Shown: positions 1-11,131, numbered from the stretch's first letter. The stretch is DNA of 64,000 nucleotides from Bacillota bacterium (GCA_015059155.1 SVAX01000001.1:90247-154246), one strand, 5' to 3'. Notes: generated by a model from the sequence alone, not told the origin. Numbers and translations: made by a program.

Positions 1-1377
1 TTTAGTTACTATATTAGTTTTTTCCTTTGTAAGTTCTAATTCTAATTTATTTATTTTAGTCATTAATTTATTTTCTTTTTCTTTATAGTTAGAAGCACTC
101 TCATAATCTTTTTTTATTAAATAATTCTTTTTTATTTTAATAAGTTCATTTAATTCTTTAGTAAGAACATTATATTTTTTTAACTTTTTATTTTCTTTTA
201 AAGATACATGAGCAGATACTTCATCTAATATATCTATAGACTTATCTGGTTGATATCTATTTTTTATATATTTATCTGATAATTCTATTATATAATCTAT
301 TATTTCATCACTTATTAAAGTTTTATGAAAATTAGAATATGTATCTCTTAATTTAAGTAAAATTTCTTTTACTGTTTTTTTATCAGGTATAGTTACCTCT
401 ACTTTTTGAAACCTTCTATCCAAAGCTTTATCTCCGGATATAAATTTTTTATATTCATTTGTAGTAGTAGCACCTATACATCTCATTTTATTTCTTGCGA
501 GTGCGGGTTTAAATATATTGGAAGCATCAATAGCTCCTTCTGCTCCTCCAGCTCCTACTAATGTGTGTATTTCATCTATAAAAAGTATTATATCATCATT
601 TTCTTCTAACTCTTTTAATATCTTATTTACTCTTTCTTCAAATTCTCCTCTATATTTAGTTCCGGCTACTGTTGTTGCCATATCTAAACTTATTATTCTT
701 TTATTTTTTAAGTTATTAGGTACTTCATTATTACTTATCATTCTGCTTAATTCTTCTACTATTGCAGTTTTACCTACGCCAGCTTCTCCTATAAGTACAG
801 GGTTGTTTTTCTTTCTTCTACTTAATATTTCTATTACTCTATTAATTTCTTCATCCCTTCCAACAACTGGATCTAGTAATCCTTCTTTAGCTTTCTTAGT
901 TAAATCTACACCTAATTCATCTATTAATAATTTTTTATTCTTATTTTTCTTTATAGGAAGTTTATAAGCAAATTCATGATATAAATCATCTAAATCTATA
1001 TCCATACCAATAAGTATTCTAATAGCTATACCTTCTCCTTCTTCTAACATACTAGAAAAAAGATGTGATATAGTTACATTTCCATTATTATTTTCTTTAC
1101 TATCATATAATGCATTTTCCATTATTCTTTTTAAAAGTGGTGTATATAAAAAGCACTCTGATTCTTTACTACCTATACCGACTATATCAATTAATTCATC
1201 TTTAAATTTTTTATAATCTAAATTATATTCTTTTAATTTTTCACTTATTTCATTTTTATCTTTTAGGATTGAAAGTAGAAGGTGTTCACTACCTACATAA
1301 GGATGTTTTAATTTTTTCATTTCTTCTTTTGCAGCTATTAATATTTTTCTTGCCTCTTCAGTAAAACTATTATACAT
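1..1377 (-). CDS. clpC: ATP-dependent Clp protease ATP-binding subunit ClpC, N-terminal 459 codons (3' end runs off the window)
   Basis: Absent from the ORF track because it is open at the window edge. My translation from ATG at 1377 (RBS AAGGAGGG 1383-1390) gives MYNSFTEEARKILIAAKEEMKKLKHPYVGSEHLLLSIL (Clp_N). It also shows Walker A GEAGVGKTA, Walker B IILFIDEIH and a UVR-like linker KKDYESASNYKEKENKL. Confidence 0.8.
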   Translation of the reverse strand, partial: MYNSFTEEARKILIAAKEEMKKLKHPYVGSEHLLLSILKDKNEISEKLKEYNLDYKKFKDELIDIVGIGSKESECFLYTPLLKRIMENALYDSKENNNGNVTISHLFSSMLEEGEGIAIRILIGMDIDLDDLYHEFAYKLPIKKNKNKKLLIDELGVDLTKKAKEGLLDPVVGRDEEINRVIEILSRRKKNNPVLIGEAGVGKTAIVEELSRMISNNEVPNNLKNKRIISLDMATTVAGTKYRGEFEERVNKILKELEENDDIILFIDEIHTLVGAGGAEGAIDASNIFKPALARNKMRCIGATTTNEYKKFISGDKALDRRFQKVEVTIPDKKTVKEILLKLRDTYSNFHKTLISDEIIDYIIELSDKYIKNRYQPDKSIDILDEVSAHVSLKENKKLKKYNVLTKELNELIKIKKNYLIKKDYESASNYKEKENKLMTKINKLELELTKEKTNIVTK

Positions 1378-1441
1378 ATAATCCCTCCTTTAATATTCTA
1401 TGACTATAATGAATAAAAATAATATTTTTTATTCAACAAAA

Positions 1442-1612
1442 TTATCTATAAATTATCATCGCACTAAAACAATAAATTTGTTCTTCACCACATATATTAA
1501 GTGCGACTTGATACTTAATATCTATCAGTTCTACTTCCTTTTCACTCAAGAATTTATTAATACTTTTTTCTAAATCTAATTCATGAGATTCATCAAATAA
1601 TTTTACTTTCAT
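1442..1612 (-). CDS. Small 56-aa protein, Cse60-family-like
   Basis: Below the ORF-track size cutoff. Translation: MKVKLFDESHELDLEKSINKFLSEKEVELIDIKYQVALNICGEEQIYCFSAMIIYR. The pattern V/KLFDE.HE.DLE..IN.FL...IDIKYQV....EQIYCFSA matches my recollection of the Bacillus YteV/Cse60 family. Confidence 0.5.
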   Translation of the reverse strand: MKVKLFDESHELDLEKSINKFLSEKEVELIDIKYQVALNICGEEQIYCFSAMIIYR

Positions 1613-1663
1613 AAAAAAATCACCACTATTATTGTAATAGCAGTGACTATATTTTTTTGTCGT

Positions 1664-2908
1664 TTAATATGTTGAAACTCTATTATAGAAGTAAGCGCCT
1701 TCTTTAGGGAAATTTATAACATCTCTTGGATTAAAGTGTTTAGCATTGAACTTTGTATAAAAACCAGGGCCAGACGGTATGTTTGTACGGGCAAGTTGGA
1801 AATGTAGGTGTGTTCCAGTTGAACAAGTATCCCACCATTCATATTTAGAGCTTCCTCCTACTGTTCCTATTACTGTATTAGGTGTGACTACATCTCCTAC
1901 ACTTACATTAATTGTAGATAAATGGAAATATCCTGATGTATAATCTTTTCCATTTACATGGTGATGAATATACACCATATTACCACCACAAGAAGCTCTA
2001 TAAGTTATATAAGCAACTATTCCGTAGGCTGTTGAATAAACAGGTGCACCATGTCCAGTTTGAGAAATATCCATACCATAATGTTGCATAGCATATCCCC
2101 AAGGATAATAAATTCCATAGTTTGCAGATACCTTACCTTCTGTAACAGGTCTATAGAATCCAGAACCACTTATTTCTATTTCTATATTTTCCATAAGTAT
2201 TCTATATAAACATTCATCAACATCTTCATCCATACCACAGTTTAAATCATTTTCATAAAAATTTATTAATTCTTTAGTAGATTTAATATCATCTTCAACT
2301 GTAACATGTTCATCCATTATTTCTCCAAGTTGATTACCTAATGATTTTAATTCCTCTTCAAGTTTTTTCTGTTTTTCATTTAATTCTACAGTTTTATTAG
2401 ATAAATCTATTTTCTTTTGTTCGTTTTCTTTTATTTTAGCATTATATTCATCAACTAATTTATCATTATAATCAGAAAGTTGTTCAGCTATGGCCATTCT
2501 ATAGATAAAGTCTGTAAAATCAGCAGCTTCAAAAATATATTCTAAATATGCAGATTCGCTACTTGATAATTGATAATAATTCATAATGTTTTTTATTTCT
2601 TTTTCTTTTTCCTCTATTTCAACATTCAATTCTTCTATTTCTTTAGTTAAATCTTTCATTTGCTGATTTATATTAGCTATTTCAACATTTATATTACCAA
2701 TATTTTTTTTCTTATTTTCTATTTCTTGTTCTGTTAATTTCTTTTCATTTTCAACATTAGCTTGTTGTCTTTGTAATTCAGCTAACTCTGATTTTAAGTC
2801 TCTCAAAGTCTTAGCTTCAACCACTTCTTTTGTAGGAATTGAAAAATTAACTACTAACAAAATTAAAACTAATAATAAATATCTTCCTTTTTTTAATATG
2901 TTTTTCAT
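1664..2908 (-). CDS. M23-family peptidoglycan metalloendopeptidase with N-terminal signal anchor and long coiled coil
   Basis: HxxxD (HYGMD) and HxH (THLHFQL) M23 motifs in the C-terminal domain. The N-terminal ~200 aa is E/K-rich heptad-like sequence. Confidence 0.8.
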   Translation of the reverse strand: MKNILKKGRYLLLVLILLVVNFSIPTKEVVEAKTLRDLKSELAELQRQQANVENEKKLTEQEIENKKKNIGNINVEIANINQQMKDLTKEIEELNVEIEEKEKEIKNIMNYYQLSSSESAYLEYIFEAADFTDFIYRMAIAEQLSDYNDKLVDEYNAKIKENEQKKIDLSNKTVELNEKQKKLEEELKSLGNQLGEIMDEHVTVEDDIKSTKELINFYENDLNCGMDEDVDECLYRILMENIEIEISGSGFYRPVTEGKVSANYGIYYPWGYAMQHYGMDISQTGHGAPVYSTAYGIVAYITYRASCGGNMVYIHHHVNGKDYTSGYFHLSTINVSVGDVVTPNTVIGTVGGSSKYEWWDTCSTGTHLHFQLARTNIPSGPGFYTKFNAKHFNPRDVINFPKEGAYFYNRVSTY

Positions 2909-3543
2909 TATTCCTTCATCTCTTTCCTTATTTTTTTGTAATCTTTACAATATTTACTAACTAAATTCCAAAAGTTTTTAGAATGATCAAAATGAATTAT
3001 ATGAGATAACTCATGTATAATAACATAATCTATTTTTGATATATCGTATTCTATTAGTTTAGAATTTAAAGTTATTGTATGATTTTTTCTATTATAAACT
3101 CCCCATCTAGTTTTCATGTTCCTAATTTTTAATATTGGAGATTTTATATTTTCCTTAAAATGATTAAAAACATATACATATCTTTCATCAAATATTCTTA
3201 TAATTTCTTCCTTTTTCCATTTTTCTAACATATTTATATCTTTTGTATATATTTCATCATCTGCTATTAATACTTTTTTTGTATCTTCCCTAATAATTAT
3301 ATCATATGAATTACCTAAATAAAAGAACTTATTACTCTTTTCATTTTGTTTTTCAATACGTTTTACCATTTTTTGTAAAGCCTTAGTATTTTCATTTAAA
3401 ACCTTTAATATCATATTTTTGGTAGTCAAATAATTACAAGTAACATAAATCTTACCATCTTCTTTAACTCTTATATATAAATTTTTGTTATTCTTTTTTT
3501 CTATTACAACATCATAACTTATACCATCTAATTCATACTTCAT
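2908..3543 (-). CDS. YgjP-like DUF45/M48-type zinc metallohydrolase
   Basis: HELSH motif (VIIHELSHIIHFDHSKNFW) near the C-terminus, of typical DUF45 length. Its stop overlaps the start of the M23 gene. Confidence 0.7.
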   Translation of the reverse strand: MKYELDGISYDVVIEKKNNKNLYIRVKEDGKIYVTCNYLTTKNMILKVLNENTKALQKMVKRIEKQNEKSNKFFYLGNSYDIIIREDTKKVLIADDEIYTKDINMLEKWKKEEIIRIFDERYVYVFNHFKENIKSPILKIRNMKTRWGVYNRKNHTITLNSKLIEYDISKIDYVIIHELSHIIHFDHSKNFWNLVSKYCKDYKKIRKEMKE

Positions 3544-3593
3544 GATTTCACCTATATTAATTATAACACATTACAAAAAAAGAATAAACTAAG

Positions 3594-4265
3594 TTATTCT
3601 TTATCAAACGAAACATATATTTTACTTTCTACATTATTATAGTTTCCAGTTATCATAATTAAATACCTACCTTTTTCTACTATATATTCAGTTATATCAC
3701 TAATAAGTTTTCCATCATAAAGAATTGTTTCTTTACCTCTATGTGTTCTTTTGATATGTAGATTATATGTTGTATCAAAAGTTTTTTCTTTAATATATTC
3801 TTGTTCTGTATTACAGCTAATTTTATAATTTATCTTTTCATTTTCCTCTAATGATGGCATTTGTGCATAACAATTATAAGAATTTATTTTTAATTTATAA
3901 TATGGACTATCTTCAATATCCTCATATATGTCTAAAGTACCTATATACACCCCATGATAGCGTTGTACAAAAGATAAGAAGTAAGGTATTATTGTAATTT
4001 TCTTTTCATCTTCGACTTCTACAGTCATATCTAAATCATTTAAATATACTTCATATAGTCTATTGTCTTTGTATTCAAATGGAATAGGTATTACTATTTC
4101 ACCTACTATAAGTTTTATAGCAAATAATATAAAAATTATTATACATAAAATATATATTATTTTACTTTTTCTTTCTTCTTTTAGTTCTTGAACTGATTTA
4201 AAATATTTACTTGCAGCTTTTCTTCTTCTAATTTCTTTATCTTTTTCTATATCTTTATTATTCAT
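3594..4265 (-). CDS. Hypothetical membrane-anchored protein
   Basis: Basic N-terminus followed by one TM helix (IIYILCIIIFILFAIKLIV). No recognisable motif. Confidence 0.45.
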   Translation of the reverse strand: MNNKDIEKDKEIRRRKAASKYFKSVQELKEERKSKIIYILCIIIFILFAIKLIVGEIVIPIPFEYKDNRLYEVYLNDLDMTVEVEDEKKITIIPYFLSFVQRYHGVYIGTLDIYEDIEDSPYYKLKINSYNCYAQMPSLEENEKINYKISCNTEQEYIKEKTFDTTYNLHIKRTHRGKETILYDGKLISDITEYIVEKGRYLIMITGNYNNVESKIYVSFDKE

Positions 4266-4303
4266 AAACTTCTCCTATTACTATAAACAGTATAACATAA
4301 AAA

Positions 4304-5134
4304 TTATTCTTTATCATATTCTTCTAAAAAACTTTTTTTATTACCATCTTTAGTAGTTCCAAGTACACAGTTTAAATTTACATTATCTAAACTTTTAAAG
4401 ATATTGTGATCTATATTTTTATTAACTTTTTTTAAATCTTTAATTAATTGTTTTATTTCTTTTCTTTTGCTTGTATTTTCAAAGTCATTAGAATTCTTTT
4501 CTGTAAATTTACAAGCACAGTTTAAAAATGTTAATTCATTAAATTTAGCCCAACTAATTATATCTTCTTCTTTTACTAGATACAAAGGTCTTATAAGCTC
4601 TAATCCTTCAAAATTAGTACTATGAAGTTTAGGCATCATTGTTTTAATCTCTGAACCATAAAACATTGATAACAAAGTTGTTTCTATTACATCATCAAAA
4701 TGATGCCCTAAAGCTATTTTATTGCAGCCTAATTCTTTAGCTTTACTGTATAAAAACCCTCTTCTCATTCTAGCACATAAATAACAAGGACTATCGCTTG
4801 ATATATTATCAACTACATCAAATATATCACTTTCAAATATTTCTATTGGTATATTTAATTCTTCTGCATTCTTTCTTATTAATTCTATATTTTCTAATTT
4901 GTATCCTGGATTCATTACTACATAATGGGCATCAAATTTAAATTTACCATGTCTAATTATTTCTTGAAAGCATTTAGCAAGTAAAAATGAATCCTTACCT
5001 CCACTTATACATACCATAATTTTATCATTTTCACTTATAAGCTCATATTCTTGTACAGCTTTAACAAACTTACTCCATATTTCTTTTCTATATTTTTTTA
5101 TTATACTTTTTTCTATATCTTTATATTTCTCCAT
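4304..5134 (-). CDS. ttcA: tRNA 2-thiocytidine biosynthesis protein TtcA-family PP-loop ATPase
   Basis: PP-loop SGGKDS, CYLCARMRRG and a second Cys cluster (NCACKF). The track start at 5149 is a TTG that contains the RBS, so ATG at 5134 (MEKYKD) is more likely. Confidence 0.75.
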   Translation of the reverse strand: MEKYKDIEKSIIKKYRKEIWSKFVKAVQEYELISENDKIMVCISGGKDSFLLAKCFQEIIRHGKFKFDAHYVVMNPGYKLENIELIRKNAEELNIPIEIFESDIFDVVDNISSDSPCYLCARMRRGFLYSKAKELGCNKIALGHHFDDVIETTLLSMFYGSEIKTMMPKLHSTNFEGLELIRPLYLVKEEDIISWAKFNELTFLNCACKFTEKNSNDFENTSKRKEIKQLIKDLKKVNKNIDHNIFKSLDNVNLNCVLGTTKDGNKKSFLEEYDKE

Positions 5135-5218
5135 AATAACTCCTAACAACTATATTATACTATAAAGAAAAAGAATATCAAACTATTCTTTTTATATTAA
5201 ATTTCTTTATTTTTTTAC

Positions 5219-6628
5219 TTAAAATCTAAAATATATAAATGGATTATATGTTACTTTTACCAAGAAGAATACTGATAATACAAACAGCATAACCATATAT
5301 ACATTTATTAAAACATGTTTAAATGTATTTTCTTTTTCACATTTAGTTATAAATTTTCCAACAAAAGGGAACATTCCTATTAAACCTAATACAAAATATA
5401 TGGCATAATTAAAAAGTTCATAATTTTCGCGAGAAAATTGTAACCAATTTGTTTTTTCAAATATAAACATTTTATTTAATATTGATAAAATATTTTCTAA
5501 TTCTATATTTCTAAATATTGTCCAACCAACCACAATTAATATAAAACTATATATCCACTTTAATATATTAGGTAATTTTTTTAATAACTTATTCAATAAT
5601 ACTTTTTCAATTAATAATATTATTCCAAAATAAAGTCCCCATATTATAAAGTTCCAACTAGCACCATGCCAAAAACCTGTTAAAAACCATACTATAAATA
5701 TGTTTCTTATAAATTTTAATTTACACACTCTATTTCCGCCTAATGGTATATATACATAATCTCTAAACCAACTTGATAAACTTATATGCCATCTTCTCCA
5801 AAAATCTGTTATTGATTTTGATATATATGGATAATTAAAGTTTTCTAAGAACGTAAAACCAAATATTTTACCTAAACCTATTGCCATATCAGAATATCCT
5901 GAAAAATCATAATATATTTGAAGAGTATAAGCAATCATACCTATCCATGCTACGCCAGTTCCATATAAACCTATTTCAGAACTCGCAATTATTTGATCAG
6001 CAATAACTGCTAAATTATTTGCAAGTATAACTTTCTTTGCTAAACCAATTACAAATCTCCTTGTTCCAGTAATTACTTTTTCTAATGAATGTTTTCTGTT
6101 TTTTAATTCTAATTCAATAGTTTCATATCTTACAATAGGGCCCGCTATTAACTGAGGAAATAAAGCCACATACGTTCCTAAATCAAAAATATTTTTTTGA
6201 ACTTTAACAGTCCCTTTATAGACATCTATTACATAAGATAATAATTGAAATGTATAGAAACTAATTCCTATTGGTAGAATTAATCCTAATGGTGTAATTT
6301 GCAAAGTAAATATTTTATTTATATTTTCTATAATAAAATCCAAATATTTAAATATCATTAAGCATCCAACATTAACTATAATACTTAAGATTAATATAAA
6401 TTTAGATATTATTTTTTTATTTTTTGCTTTATCTATAAGAATTGCTAAAATATAATTAATTATTATAGATAATATCATAAGAATAATATATTTGGGCTCT
6501 CCCCAAGCATAAAATAAAAGAGAAAAAATTAGTAAAATCATATTTTTATATTTATCATTGCTTATAAAATAGAAAATCAATGTAACAGGTAGAAAAAATA
6601 ATAAAAATGTTAAACTACTAAATACCAT
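5219..6628 (-). CDS. MBOAT-family membrane O-acyltransferase (AlgI/DltB-like)
   Basis: Polytopic membrane protein with FWRRWHISLS and WHGASW motifs typical of MBOAT. Confidence 0.8.
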   Translation of the reverse strand: MVFSSLTFLLFFLPVTLIFYFISNDKYKNMILLIFSLLFYAWGEPKYIILMILSIIINYILAILIDKAKNKKIISKFILILSIIVNVGCLMIFKYLDFIIENINKIFTLQITPLGLILPIGISFYTFQLLSYVIDVYKGTVKVQKNIFDLGTYVALFPQLIAGPIVRYETIELELKNRKHSLEKVITGTRRFVIGLAKKVILANNLAVIADQIIASSEIGLYGTGVAWIGMIAYTLQIYYDFSGYSDMAIGLGKIFGFTFLENFNYPYISKSITDFWRRWHISLSSWFRDYVYIPLGGNRVCKLKFIRNIFIVWFLTGFWHGASWNFIIWGLYFGIILLIEKVLLNKLLKKLPNILKWIYSFILIVVGWTIFRNIELENILSILNKMFIFEKTNWLQFSRENYELFNYAIYFVLGLIGMFPFVGKFITKCEKENTFKHVLINVYMVMLFVLSVFFLVKVTYNPFIYFRF

Positions 6629-6631
6629 GTT

Positions 6632-7807
6632 CTACACTCCTAACTCAAATTCTTTTTGTACAAAGAAATTAAAATCTGATATAAATAATATTTTATCTAT
6701 ATTATTTTCTTCTACATATTTGTATATATCAAAATCTGGATATTGTCTTAAATCCAATATATAAGTTTTATTAAAATGACTTGCTATTAAAGGATTAATT
6801 GGATTAGAAAACGAACTTGATAACACTAATAAATTTTCTTTTGTTTTATCATTGTAATCATATTTAACCTCTTTTGGATCTCCACCATAAAAATCACTAT
6901 AATAAGAATTCAATGGTGATGTGTTAAATATTCCATCATAATATTTCCTATAATTACCATAATTAGTTTCATTTCCATTTACATATTCTTTATGCTCTTT
7001 ATAATTAAATTTATACCCTTTAAATGTTTCTTTAATATCAAATAATGATAAATTCCTTGCAGTAGAACCATAGAATGTTGTATCTGAAAATTCTAATAAT
7101 TTTTCAGGTTTTATAACTTTTTTTATTTTAAACATATTTGCGATATCAAGATATGCTTGGTAAGACCCTTCATAATTCCAATGATGGTCTGTTTTATAAA
7201 AATATTTTTTATATGTTTCATATGACTCTATTTTCAAATAATCTAATTCATTATAATTTTCCAAATTTTCTTCCAAATATGAATGTAAATCCATAACATA
7301 TTCATTCGTTCTAAAATCAATATTAAAAGATCTATTAATAATATAATAATATACATCAAAATCATTGTTTATCTTATTTAATTCTTTGACTCTAAATTTA
7401 AAATAGTCATGATTATTTAAATCGATTGGTTGTGGCCCATTCATAAGATAATCACCACAATCAAAAGTATAAAAACCGTTACCAACAGATACATATTCAT
7501 TTTTGCATATATTATCACTAGTATGTAATGCATTTATTCTATTTAAATAATTATTCATTACCCTTTTTATAGTTTCTCCTCCGATAAACTGATCTGATAA
7601 AGCTCCTTCAAAATTATCTTGAAATTCACCAGAAAAAAAATTATTAATTTGAAATAATTTAAATTGTTCTAAAGTTCGGTTTTCAACCATTGAATTTTCC
7701 TTTTGAGTTCTAATCATAGAAATAAAACCACACGATAATATAAATATTATTAAAATTAATAAAACTATATCACTCACATAAGTTATACTATTTTTTAAAT
7801 TTTTCAT
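6632..7807 (-). CDS. DHHW-family (AlgX/AlgJ-like SGNH) protein, partner of the MBOAT acyltransferase
   Basis: N-terminal TM anchor and a KTDHHWNYEGSY motif. It lies immediately upstream of the MBOAT gene. Confidence 0.7.
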   Translation of the reverse strand: MKNLKNSITYVSDIVLLILIIFILSCGFISMIRTQKENSMVENRTLEQFKLFQINNFFSGEFQDNFEGALSDQFIGGETIKRVMNNYLNRINALHTSDNICKNEYVSVGNGFYTFDCGDYLMNGPQPIDLNNHDYFKFRVKELNKINNDFDVYYYIINRSFNIDFRTNEYVMDLHSYLEENLENYNELDYLKIESYETYKKYFYKTDHHWNYEGSYQAYLDIANMFKIKKVIKPEKLLEFSDTTFYGSTARNLSLFDIKETFKGYKFNYKEHKEYVNGNETNYGNYRKYYDGIFNTSPLNSYYSDFYGGDPKEVKYDYNDKTKENLLVLSSSFSNPINPLIASHFNKTYILDLRQYPDFDIYKYVEENNIDKILFISDFNFFVQKEFELGV

Positions 7808-7834
7808 ATATTACTACTCCTTATTACATATTAA

Positions 7835-7911
7835 TGGCGTCCCCGAGAAGATTCGAACTTCCGACACCGGCCTTAGGAGGGCCGTGCTCTATCCAGCTGA
7901 GCTACGGGGAC
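7835..7911 (-). tRNA. tRNA-Arg (anticodon CCU)
   Basis: The reverse complement folds as a cloverleaf by hand. Acceptor GTCCCCG/CGGGGAC, D arm GCTC..GAGC, anticodon stem CGGCC/GGCCG with loop CTCCTAA, T arm GGAAG-TTCGAAT-CTTCT, discriminator G and encoded CCA. Confidence 0.9.
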
Positions 7912-8240
7912 AAATAATAATTATGGCTTTATTATAACACATTTTCGTTGTTTTTAGTCATTTAATCAATTTTTTTGAATTTTTTAATATTTTACAAAAA
8001 CTAAACTTTTTTAGATTTATTATATCTTAATTTTTATCTACAACAACAATGCATTTATATTGTTGTTTAGAATCAAAAGTGTAAAAAATACTTACGATTT
8101 TTCAAAGTTTATATTTTCTAAAAAAATTTTTAGTTCCATAATATTTATCTTTATTAAAAGGTTTTCTTAAAAACTTTTTGGAAAATTTATATTCTATCCT
8201 AATAAATAATCAATACAAATAAAGACTTAAATTAATAAGT

Positions 8241-8753
8241 CTATTTTATAATATTTAATATAAATAATAAATATAAATTTAAAATATATGAAAATTTATA
8301 ACTAAACTTTTTGGAAAATTCTCCAAAACTTAATACTTTATCCACTAAACTAACAATCCAGCTTTCTGCATATTTAGGAATTCTATAATCTACAGGGAAC
8401 ATATGAGTTTCAATAATGTTAATTTCTTTTTCTGATAAGTCAAAATAAGTAATCGCATTATTTACAGCATCCTTAGGATGTTGTGTTGAAAATAATTTAA
8501 TTTTGTCTTTTATTTTATTACACTCACTAATTTTATCAGTATAGAAATCATGAAGAAGTCCCCCTCTAGCAACATCTCTGTAATCAAGTTTTAAGGACTT
8601 TGCTATTTTATATGAGTAATATGAAACTTTCATAGAATGATCTAATCTAGTAGTATTGTGATGTTTAATATTATCAATTTTTTTGAATTTTTCGTTTTTA
8701 ATTATATTATTTATAATAAATAGGTATTCTTCATCGTCAATATATTTAGCCAT
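8241..8753 (-). CDS. HD-domain phosphohydrolase
   Basis: H...HD motif (RLDHSMKV ... GGLLHDFY) and a C-terminal hydrophobic tail. Confidence 0.6.
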   Translation of the reverse strand: MAKYIDDEEYLFIINNIIKNEKFKKIDNIKHHNTTRLDHSMKVSYYSYKIAKSLKLDYRDVARGGLLHDFYTDKISECNKIKDKIKLFSTQHPKDAVNNAITYFDLSEKEINIIETHMFPVDYRIPKYAESWIVSLVDKVLSFGEFSKKFSYKFSYILNLYLLFILNIIK

Positions 8754-8865
8754 ACCTTTAATCTCACCTCAAGCACTACTACATTATATCATGATTTTTA
8801 TAAATTTATAATGATTTTTGTTACCAATTTTTTGTAGTTTAAAAAAAAGCCTCTAAAATAAAGGC

Positions 8866-9936
8866 TTATTCAATAGTTAAATTTTTTTCAGTTGGTTGAA
8901 TCTCTATATAAGTATTTCCATCGTTTACTTTTATTTCAGTACCATCTTTATATTTATATATAGTTTTGCTGTTTCTTGATGACTTTTCCCAAGTAATTGG
9001 AACTGCATAACCCTCAGATATATACCATCCAGTACCATTTCCAATGTTCTCTATGGTTTGTCTACCTTTTGTATCTCCACTAATTGTATAATTTTCTACT
9101 TGATATGTAATTATATTCTTAGCAGTATATTGTAATCCTGTAATATAGTCTTTATGGATAACATTATTTTGGAATCTATTATATACTTTATTAATACTAT
9201 CATATTCAAAAGAAGTTGATCTACTGGCAGAAAATTCGATATATACTTTATTGGCTGGAACAGCTCCATCCATATTAGAAGTATTTACAGATTTAACACT
9301 ATATTTTAATAATGGTTTTTCATCAGTAGTTGTTCTATATCCATAGTAATTAGCACCTTCCATTATATCAGTAGTAGTTGTGAAAGCTGTATGTTCTGAA
9401 GCAAGACCTAAAGATCTATCTCTAGTATATCCATTATAACTCATAAAATTAATATTATTTACACCATGTTTTTTAATATCCGATTGAGCTTGTGGACTCC
9501 ATCCAAAATGAACATATATTGCATCATTCTCTAAAGCATAATCTAGAAAATAATGTCTTGAAGATCTAACTGAACCAATTCTATCTAAACTCTTATCTTT
9601 ATATAAAGCCATAAGTCTAGTATATCCACCTTCTACTATTATTTCATATACCATATAAGCATCTTGAATTCCACTTTGATATCCCCATACTGTTTTAATA
9701 TTGTTTATCATAACAGCATAAGGTCTAGTATTAGACTCTAAATCTAATATTTTAAGTTTTTCTTCTACTTTTGGTTCTTCTTTTTTTATAGTATCGTTAC
9801 CTTTAGTATTTGTTTTTTCTTTATTAACATCTAAATTTAAACAAATAATACTAGCTACTATCGCAACAAAAATTACTCCAATAACACTAAAAAATCTTTT
9901 CCCTTTTTTGCTTAATCTTCTTTTTCTTTTTGCCAT
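8866..9936 (-). CDS. DUF3048 (YerB-like) membrane-anchored protein
   Basis: N-terminal anchor followed by RPYAVMINN...GIQDAYMVYEIIVEGGYTRLMALY, as in the YerB/DUF3048 family (from memory). Confidence 0.6.
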   Translation of the reverse strand: MAKRKRRLSKKGKRFFSVIGVIFVAIVASIICLNLDVNKEKTNTKGNDTIKKEEPKVEEKLKILDLESNTRPYAVMINNIKTVWGYQSGIQDAYMVYEIIVEGGYTRLMALYKDKSLDRIGSVRSSRHYFLDYALENDAIYVHFGWSPQAQSDIKKHGVNNINFMSYNGYTRDRSLGLASEHTAFTTTTDIMEGANYYGYRTTTDEKPLLKYSVKSVNTSNMDGAVPANKVYIEFSASRSTSFEYDSINKVYNRFQNNVIHKDYITGLQYTAKNIITYQVENYTISGDTKGRQTIENIGNGTGWYISEGYAVPITWEKSSRNSKTIYKYKDGTEIKVNDGNTYIEIQPTEKNLTIE

Positions 9937-10018
9937 AATATTATCACCATATTAAGTATACCAAATAAATTTAGTTTTATAAAGAAAAAAAGGAAAATTT
10001 ATTTTCCTTCACAAACTA

Positions 10019-11050
10019 TTATTCCTCAGGTGTTGCATTACCTATCTCTAGAGCATCATTTTTTTCAAAATAGTTTCTAACTTTTTTCTCTATTTCTTCT
10101 CTCATTTTTGGATTTTTCTTAAGCCATTCTTTTACATTTTCTTTACCTTGACCTACTTTATCTCCGTTATATGAGTACCATGCTCCACTTTTATCAAGTA
10201 CTCCAGCTTCAACACCTAAATCAACTATTTCACCTGTAATTGAAACTCCTTCTCCATATATTATATCAACTGAACAAGCTTTAAATGGAGGCGCCATTTT
10301 ATTTTTTACTACTTTAATATTTGTTCTATTTCCAATAGCATCACTACCTTGTTTAATTTGTTCACCTTTTCTAATTTCTAATCTTACAGAAGAATAGAAT
10401 TTTAAAGCTCTCCCTCCTGGCGTTACTTCAGGATTTCCAAACATTATACCAACTTTTTCACGTAATTGGTTTATAAATATCACAACTGTATTTGTTTTAT
10501 TTACAATACCTGATAATTTTCTTAAAGCTTGACTCATTAAACGAGCTTGAAGTCCAACATGAGAATCTCCCATTTCTCCCTCAATTTCTGCTTGAGGTAC
10601 TAAAGCAGCAACTGAATCTACTACGATTATACTAATTGCGCCACTTCTAACTAGTGCTTCACAAATTTCTAATGCTTGTTCTCCATTATCTGGTTGAGAT
10701 AATAATAAATCATTTATATTAACTCCAAGTTTAGAAGCATATACAGGATCTAAAGCGTGTTCTGCATCTATAAATGCAGCTCTTCCTCCTTTTTTTTGAG
10801 CTTCTGCAATTGCATGAAGTGCAAAAGTAGTTTTACCACTTGATTCAGGACCAAATATTTCTATAATTCTACCTTTAGGATAACCACCTATTCCAAGAGC
10901 AATATCTAATGAAATAGATCCACTTGGTATAGTATCTATTTTTTGGTGTCCCCTTTCACCTAATTTCATCACAGCCCCTTTTCCAAATTGTTTTTCTATA
11001 TCTGATAAAACTTGATCTAATGTCTTATCAGTACTAACTGATTTAGCCAT
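10019..11050 (-). CDS. recA: Recombinase RecA
   Basis: Full-length RecA. Walker [10 protein letters not shown], plus FIDAEHALD and [13 protein letters not shown]. Confidence 0.97.
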   Translation of the reverse strand: MAKSVSTDKTLDQVLSDIEKQFGKGAVMKLGERGHQKIDTIPSGSISLDIALGIGGYPKGRIIEIFGPESSGKTTFALHAIAEAQKKGGRAAFIDAEHALDPVYASKLGVNINDLLLSQPDNGEQALEICEALVRSGAISIIVVDSVAALVPQAEIEGEMGDSHVGLQARLMSQALRKLSGIVNKTNTVVIFINQLREKVGIMFGNPEVTPGGRALKFYSSVRLEIRKGEQIKQGSDAIGNRTNIKVVKNKMAPPFKACSVDIIYGEGVSITGEIVDLGVEAGVLDKSGAWYSYNGDKVGQGKENVKEWLKKNPKMREEIEKKVRNYFEKNDALEIGNATPEE

Positions 11051-11080
11051 TTATATTTCCTCCTTTATAATTACAAATAC

Positions 11081-11131
11081 ATTATACTAAACCTTAAAAC
11101 ATTTGTCAATACTTTTTACGAACATTTGTAT
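11081..11131 (-). promoter_or_regulatory. recA sigma-A promoter with SOS(Cheo)-box-like operator
   Basis: On the minus strand: TTGACA (11104-11109), 17-nt spacer, TATAAT (11081-11086). Directly upstream is ATACAAATGTTCG (11119-11131), whose right half matches the Firmicute LexA box CGAACNNNNGTTCG. A second, weaker copy (GACAAATGTTTT) overlaps the -35. Confidence 0.5.

Noticed and set aside
7922-8240. The 320-bp spacer after tRNA-Arg as a possible island junction or remnant att site.
   Set aside because: No repeat of the tRNA 3' end, no integrase and no accessory genes are nearby. Only ordinary hairpins are seen.
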